Source of the DNA: Octopus bimaculoides
Taxonomy: Eukaryota
Assembly: GCF_001194135.2 (NCBI RefSeq)
Contig: NC_068986.1
Span: 70,883,863-70,923,484 of the forward strand
DNA length: 39,622 nucleotides
Reading direction: 5' to 3'
Under the pieces are notes generated by a model. That model saw only the letters and a list, made by a program, of their open reading frames with translations. It had not been told where the DNA came from and did no database searches. Position numbers and translations under genes: made by a program. This document shows, piece by piece, positions 34,391-39,622 of this stretch. Numbering within the stretch: position 1 is the stretch's first letter; each line of letters opens with the position of its first letter.

Positions 34391-34765
34391 TCATCATCAT
34401 CATCATTATCAACACTTAACGTCCATTTCCCATGCTGGCATGGGTTGGACGACTTGACAGGAACTGGCAAGGCCAGTTCCTGCCAGGTTCCATGGTCTGC
34501 ACCAGGTTCCATAGTCTGTTTTGGCATGGTTTCTACAGCTGGAGGCCCTTCCTAACACTAACTACTTTACAGAGTGTACTGGGTGTTTTTTATGTGGCAC
34601 CATCACCAGTGCTTTTTACATGGCACCAGCACCCATACCAATGCTTTTTATGTGGCACCTTCGTTTTAGGATCTTAATTCTGTTGTGGTGGGTGAGTCTT
34701 CTTGAGTATAGCAAGGTGCCACATATCTCAGTCCTCTGTCATCTCCTTCGTAATGTTCAGAAAAA
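34391..34765 (-). mobile_element. RTE-LINE 3' fragment, antisense to host
   Basis: (CAT)n on +, then the reverse complement of the family tail (ttaacgtccatttcccatgctggcatgggttggacga...gtttctacagctggaggcccttcctaacac) and of the ORF end. Confidence 0.88.
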
Positions 34766-34858
34766 TATGGAACACTTCACATATGAAATAATTATTCTTA
34801 TGTTGAATAAACTTTATAGGCACAGTTAAATATTTTATATATTTTCTATTTCCTTTAG

Positions 34859-34957
34859 ATAGTTTCTGCCAGCAAAGTACTACCTTTACCTTATTTGGGC
34901 TCTGAATTTTTACCATTGTTAGTGAGTGGTCTCACTGCCAGCTTAAGTTTGGATCAG
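34859..34957 (+). CDS. PTGR3: PTGR3-like coding exon 4 (IVSASKVLPLPYLGSEFLPLLVSGLTASLSLDQ)
   Basis: ttcctttAG acceptor, 99 nt, CAG|GTAAGT donor. LLVSGxTA motif. Confidence 0.93.
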
Positions 34958-35396
34958 GTAAGTAGGCTATATAGAAGAAACTGTAGATGTTTTAAAAGTA
35001 AATTTCTTGTTTGGAAAATAATTGCAGAAAATAGTTTACAGAAGTACAAACATTTGTAGCTGAATGTAGGTATATAATTATATATAATAATAAAGGTTTA
35101 CTATGTAAATTTCTTTAAACGTCTAATATAAAAAGGTAAAAAACCTGAAGTTAGATATTTTTATGAATACCTCTCAAATGGATAATTTTTGTTGCTAGTA
35201 TGTACGTGAAAAAAAGAGAATAAAGCAGAAAATATGAAATTGCTTTATTGAATTCTAGCATTAAAGAAATAACCTTTTTATAAACGATTGACATTGACAT
35301 TTTCTCGTGAAATATTTGGTATTAAAAACACTAAAACTCAATTAAGGAATGACAAAATGTTTGTAATCTAATATTCCATTATTTTTATTTCTGAAG

Positions 35397-35436
35397 GCTG
35401 GTTGCATTAAATCAGGTGAAACAGTTCTTGTCACTG
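35397..35436 (+). CDS. PTGR3: PTGR3-like coding exon 5, 40-nt micro-exon (AGCIKSGETVLVT + G)
   Basis: T-rich tract then ctgaAG acceptor, G|GTGAGT donor, phase 1. GxxVLVT strand before the Rossmann loop. Confidence 0.9.
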
Positions 35437-36388
35437 GTGAGTTTAAAATTAATTCTATATTTAGGTTTCTTTAGAGTAGAATTTAATTCCACTTTATTTA
35501 TCTAGGAAAAACCCATTACATCGTTTGTTCTATTTTGATAAAAATTGTTGGTTTGTTTTAGTTTCTATCGAAATGGAAGTTCCATTTATATCAGAGAAAG
35601 GGGTGGTTGAAGCAATTGAGATTTACATAACAGTTTAATATGATACACTATGAATGAATTAATTCCGCATAAGAAAATATTGCACTAGATTAATTTTTAA
35701 AGAGTATTCTATAACACCAAAATTGTTTTAGAGCAAAGCTTGGAATGCTTTGTGTGTGATATAATTTTCCTAAAAATTTCACCACACACCATTAGAGAGT
35801 GGTGTGATTACCAAATCTACCACTTCAGATGATTTATTTTGGATATTGATTGCTATATAATCAGTTAGATTGAGAAATTATATGATTCTAACAGCAACAT
35901 TGCTGAAGAGACTTAACTAGTTAAAATTACAAATCTTTGATTGTTAGACCTCCATGTTGTCTCTATGGGTCATAATCTTAAAGTTATTTTAGAACGAGGT
36001 TAAAAATATTTTCTTATATAAAATTAATTTTTTCATTGTTTCTCACAGAAAGGCTAAATTGATTGAAGCATCAATAAATATTGATTTTAAATGCCAATTA
36101 TTATTTTTTTTAATGAGTGCTAGAATTTGTACTTTACTTGTTCATTTTAAAGTGTAGTCTCCAAACATAAAACACTCTCCAAATATTATATAGAGATAAA
36201 ACTTTGTAATAAGCTGTATCTATTCATAGTATCAATTTAGAATTGGAAGGCCTATGCTAATTACAAATATCAACATAATATGGCAGTGATAAAAGCAGTT
36301 GAAAGACATAAAACAAAATATAGTATTAGATATTTTTCCATCATTTGACTTTTTATATTTTATATTTTCATTCAATATTTTAATTAAG

Positions 36389-36417
36389 CTGCTGCTGGTG
36401 GTACTGGACAATTTGCT
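36389..36417 (+). CDS. PTGR3: PTGR3-like coding exon 6, 29-nt micro-exon (A-AAGGTGQFA)
   Basis: aattaAG acceptor, GCT|GTAAGT donor. Completes the NADPH-binding AAAGGTG motif in frame with exon 5. Confidence 0.9.
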
Positions 36418-36869
36418 GTAAGTATTCTTCAATTCTGAAGTCTATTTTCCAAAATGCGAGTAAAATACTGGTCATTTACATACATTTTTGTTGTAGCTTA
36501 CTTTTTAAGAAAAAATATTGTATGTCACTTTTAAAAAAAGATCACTTATTCAGAATTTAATTACAGATGAATGAAAATGCTTGCTTCACAACATTAGAGT
36601 TGTGGTTGCTGTTTCTTACACTTTTTAATGTTGATAGATTAAATTGAGGGAGAATTTATTAATCCTAGTAGGTCTAGTTACTACGTAAATACTCTATTGG
36701 AGGGACAGAGACTGGGAACATTGCACAAATTCTGAACAACTTAGACAAGATTATTTGTATTCCCAATCAGTAATGGAATTGATGGGGTAGAGATTATGCA
36801 GGCATTCAATGTTCCCCCTCTTTTCAGTTAATGAAGGTGCTTGTAGAGTCTAACCCCACTAACCCACTC

Positions 36870-36982
36870 CATGGTTGACCTCATTGTAGGGTAGGTACAA
36901 GAGGCCAGATTTGGTTGGTTAGAACAGAAAATGCATAGAAAGTTTGGGCTGGTTATGACCAGTTTAGATACTAAATTGTTAA
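36870..36982 (-). mobile_element. Partial copy of the TTAA-flanked MITE, inverted relative to 37137-37354
   Basis: Reverse complement ttaacaatttagtatctaaactggtcataaccagcccaaactttc...ggcctcttgtacctaccctacaatg aligns by eye to the first ~110 nt of the 37137 element. Confidence 0.6.
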
Positions 36983-37136
36983 ATCAGTCATGGGCGACCT
37001 GCAGCCTGTGGGACTTTCTGATTGGCAGACCTAATGAAAAGTTACATTCTATTTTTTTAGTAGTGTGACCCACTTGATGATGAGCCATGTCTCTTTGCTC
37101 ACTTCTCATGTGGCCTGCTTCTCATGCTTGTTGTAA

Positions 37137-37354
37137 CCCTTTAGCATTCAAACTGGTCAAATGAGACCTAAATATTCTTCCTGTTTTATGTTCAAAATGG
37201 ACAGATCAAGCCTTTCACATCTACCCTATGGTATCATTTCAAAAATAAACAATCACATCATTAAAATCCCAAAGCCATGAGATTATGTATGATAAATTTG
37301 AAACAATGTGAATAAATAAGCTTTACATTTGACAGTAATATGAATGCTAAGGAG
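37137..37354 (+). mobile_element. piggyBac-type MITE (CCCTTTAGCATTCA termini, TTAA site)
   Basis: TIRs CCCTTTAGCATTCA (37137-37150) / TGAATGCTAAGGAG (37341-37354), 12/14. Right flank TTAA (37355-37358), left flank GTAA. Confidence 0.7.
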
Positions 37355-37427
37355 TTAAACATTTTAAATTTGTTCAACACTATGGTTTGAAAAATTATAT
37401 GGATGCAAGCTCTATTTTATTTTGTGA

Positions 37428-37918
37428 CCGAGACCTTTGGTGATATGCTGTGCTTAGCAAGAGACATCAAACCAAGTGAAATCATAGTTATAGCCATTGC
37501 TAGTATCATTAAATGACGCCTGTGAAATCATAATTGTGGCCATTGCTGGTAGTATGAATGTCGGGCCTCGCAGGGGAAAGGGATCAGGTGGTGAAGCATG
37601 ATCTTTGAATGTTGGGCCACGTGGAAGCGACGACAAGTGACCAAGACCTGGGCAATATGCTGTGCTTGAGAAAACTCATCAAGCCAAGTGAAACCATAGT
37701 CATAGCCATTGCCAGTGTCATGTAAATGGCGCCTGTGTTGGTTGTATGTAAAAAGTACCCATTATACTCTTGGAGTGGTTGGTGTTAGGAAGGGCATCCA
37801 GCTGTAGAAACCATGCCAAATCAGACTGGAACCTGGTACAGCTCTCTGACTTACCAGGTCCAGTTCAACAGTGTAACCCATGCCAGTATGGAAAGCAATC
37901 ATTAAATGATGATGGTGA
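37428..37918 (+). mobile_element. RTE-LINE 3' fragment with duplicated ORF-end unit
   Basis: Two atatgctgtgctt..ga...tcaa.ccaagtgaaa.catagt units (about 37443 and 37656), then ttaggaagggcatccagctgtagaaaccatgccaaa and a decayed GAT tail. Confidence 0.85.
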
Positions 37919-38665
37919 TAGAGCAAGGGAAGGAGCAAAATATTTCCCATTTTCTTGTGGTGGTTGCTTGTTTCTGTCAGCTTGAGAGAACCCAATATGA
38001 TAGGGTCTATGTTAAAGCAATGATCCATTGGACGGGAGATCTCATCAGTCTTTGGTGTCATTGTAGTATACTAATGGCTTGGTTGCTGTTGTAAACTCTT
38101 TCAGACAACTTCTAATATAGCTTGCCTTCCTGTCTACAATAGAATTGATTTTGCTTTCAACTACCGATATATTGGCTGGTGTACATTGTCAATCTCCCTT
38201 TGATTTTCATTGCTTCAGTTTACACATGTTTTGTGCTGTGTATATTAAGTTTCGAATATTGGGTTTGTTGGCAATATACAATCTTGGCATATTGCATAAG
38301 ATATTAAAAGAAAATCTTTATTATAAAGTATATATTATGTTACTTTTTGATTAACTTGTGTCTTGCAAAAGAATATTTAATGCATTTAAGAAATATTCTG
38401 CTAAAGTTTTTTTTGTTTGTTTTATTTGTGCGGTGTGATCTTAACTAAAGGTGATTGTCTGCTGTTAGCTGTAAAAACTGTTCTAAAGCTACAAATAGTT
38501 TCTCGCCAATATTTAAATTTAAAATAATCTAATTTATAACATAGTGTAATGAATATTTATTGTTCTGGAGAAATACAGGCACACTAATAATAATATGTGA
38601 ACAATAGATGAACAAAAACATATACATCCCCCAATCACATATATATATATATATATATATATATA

Positions 38666-38857
38666 NNNNNNNNNNNNNNNNNNNNNNNNNNNNNNNNNNN
38701 NNNNNNNNNNNNNNNNNNNNNNNNNNNNNNNNNNNNNNNNNNNNNNNNNNNNNNNNNNNNNNNNNNNNNNNNNNNNNNNNNNNNNNNNNNNNNNNNNNNN
38801 NNNNNNNNNNNNNNNNNNNNNNNNNNNNNNNNNNNNNNNNNNNNNNNNNNNNNNNNN
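38666..38857. other. Assembly gap (192 N) inside a (TA)n tract
   Basis: N run flanked by TA repeats. Confidence 1.
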
Positions 38858-39015
38858 TATATGTATTTTTACTAGGTGTTATCTTAAAGGTATTATCACA
38901 ATTGGAATTACTTTTACCTAAAGTATCAAAATCTAACTCGGGAAGATTATCATTTGAGTCAATTCCACAATTCACACTATTGGTTCTACTTGTTTTTAGA
39001 GATCCTGAGTTGAGA

Positions 39016-39062
39016 TACATACATACATACATACATACATACATACATACATACATACATAC
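39016..39062. repeat. (TACA)n tetranucleotide microsatellite
   Basis: Read directly. A (GTAT)n tract in the opposite orientation lies at about 39368-39398. Confidence 0.95.
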
Positions 39063-39622
39063 AATCTCAGGATGCTGAGCCTTTCAGATGAGATGGCAAA
39101 GTCCTGAGATACCTGGTGCCTTACCGTACTCAAGAAGATCCATCCTCCACTACAGGAGTGTTAAGGCTCCTCCCCCTGGTGAAGAGGATTGGCTTGGAAG
39201 AATCCTGTTTTCTACAAACAAGTTCACCATATAACATCTGCTTAGGGATCCTATGGCCAACGGACACATGCATGCACACACCCACATGATGGGCTTTAAT
39301 AATTTCTATCTACCAAATTCCACTCACAAAATATTGCTCTATCTTTCTACCTGGGCTGCTGTGGAATTGTATGTATGTATGTATGTATGTATGTATGTAG
39401 ACTTACTTGCAAAAAAGGACGTGTGCATTCAATAATGTAATAATACAAAGAATATATATACATGTATACACATATATATGTACATACTTACATCTATATG
39501 TGTATATATATGCATATCAGGGTACAGGACGTTAGAACAATGAACTACAGACAACGGAACGAACACATAGGAAAACGGAAAGCCACTTGGAATATTCCTT
39601 CATCAGCTGTCTCTATTCTAAC

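Larger units (their letters stand above)
8864..36417 (+). other. PTGR3: Prostaglandin reductase 3 / ZADH2-like MDR oxidoreductase gene, 5' part (6 coding exons, 163 codons; 3' exons outside window)
   Basis: Spliced translation: [163 protein letters not shown]. All junctions are GT-AG with compatible phases (2,0,0,0,1). It is colinear with human PTGR3 as I recall it ([40 protein letters not shown]). Confidence 0.93.

Noticed and set aside
35903-35930. CTGAAGA GAC TTAACTA GTT AAAA
   Set aside because: G12 is missing and there is no helix I/III; consistent with chance in AT-rich DNA.
39190-39255. Minus-strand IPKQMLYGELVCRK, an RTE-BovB-like peptide (and similar hints at 18960-19300)
   Set aside because: Too short and degenerate to annotate as a feature without an alignment.
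39560-39622. Minus-strand CTGATGA-A-GG-AATATT-CC at the window edge (39606-39590), hammerhead-like start
   Set aside because: Followed by AAGTGG rather than GAAA, and no helix I/III found. It may belong to a repeat cut by the window end.
36418-39622. Search for PTGR3 exon 7 (expected xQLAK..GCHVIGTCSS)
   Set aside because: No matching segment found on +, including ORFs 37906-38094 and 38145-38354. It is presumably beyond the window; the 192-N gap sits inside a TA tract.

Overview
AT-rich, repeat-dense animal genomic DNA with four assembly gaps. The repeat content (tRNA-headed SINEs, RTE LINE tails ending in (GAT)n, long (TA)/(CA) tracts) points to an octopus; this is an inference, not a database match. 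The six-frame ORF track is almost all microsatellite, gap or retroelement noise. The one host gene is a + strand, intron-rich PTGR3/ZADH2-like zinc-independent MDR oxidoreductase. I assembled six GT-AG coding exons by hand (8869-9005, 17912-17999, 30370-30465, 34859-34957, 35397-35436, 36389-36417). They join into one stop-free 163-codon frame, and the rest of the gene lies beyond the window. The introns and upstream region hold a Copia relic, a Ty3/Gypsy relic with PPT and 3' LTR that abuts an R4/Dong-type LINE relic, several RTE LINE pieces, at least four SINE families and TIR elements. The most unusual object is in intron 3 (32896-33371): a single insertion bounded by an 11-bp target-site duplication, built as a head-to-head palindrome of a tRNA-like-headed unit. 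Each arm carries a minimal type-I hammerhead-ribozyme motif with a different core lesion. A third hammerhead-like motif with an intact core lies at 8156-8260. No ribozyme activity can be shown from sequence alone.
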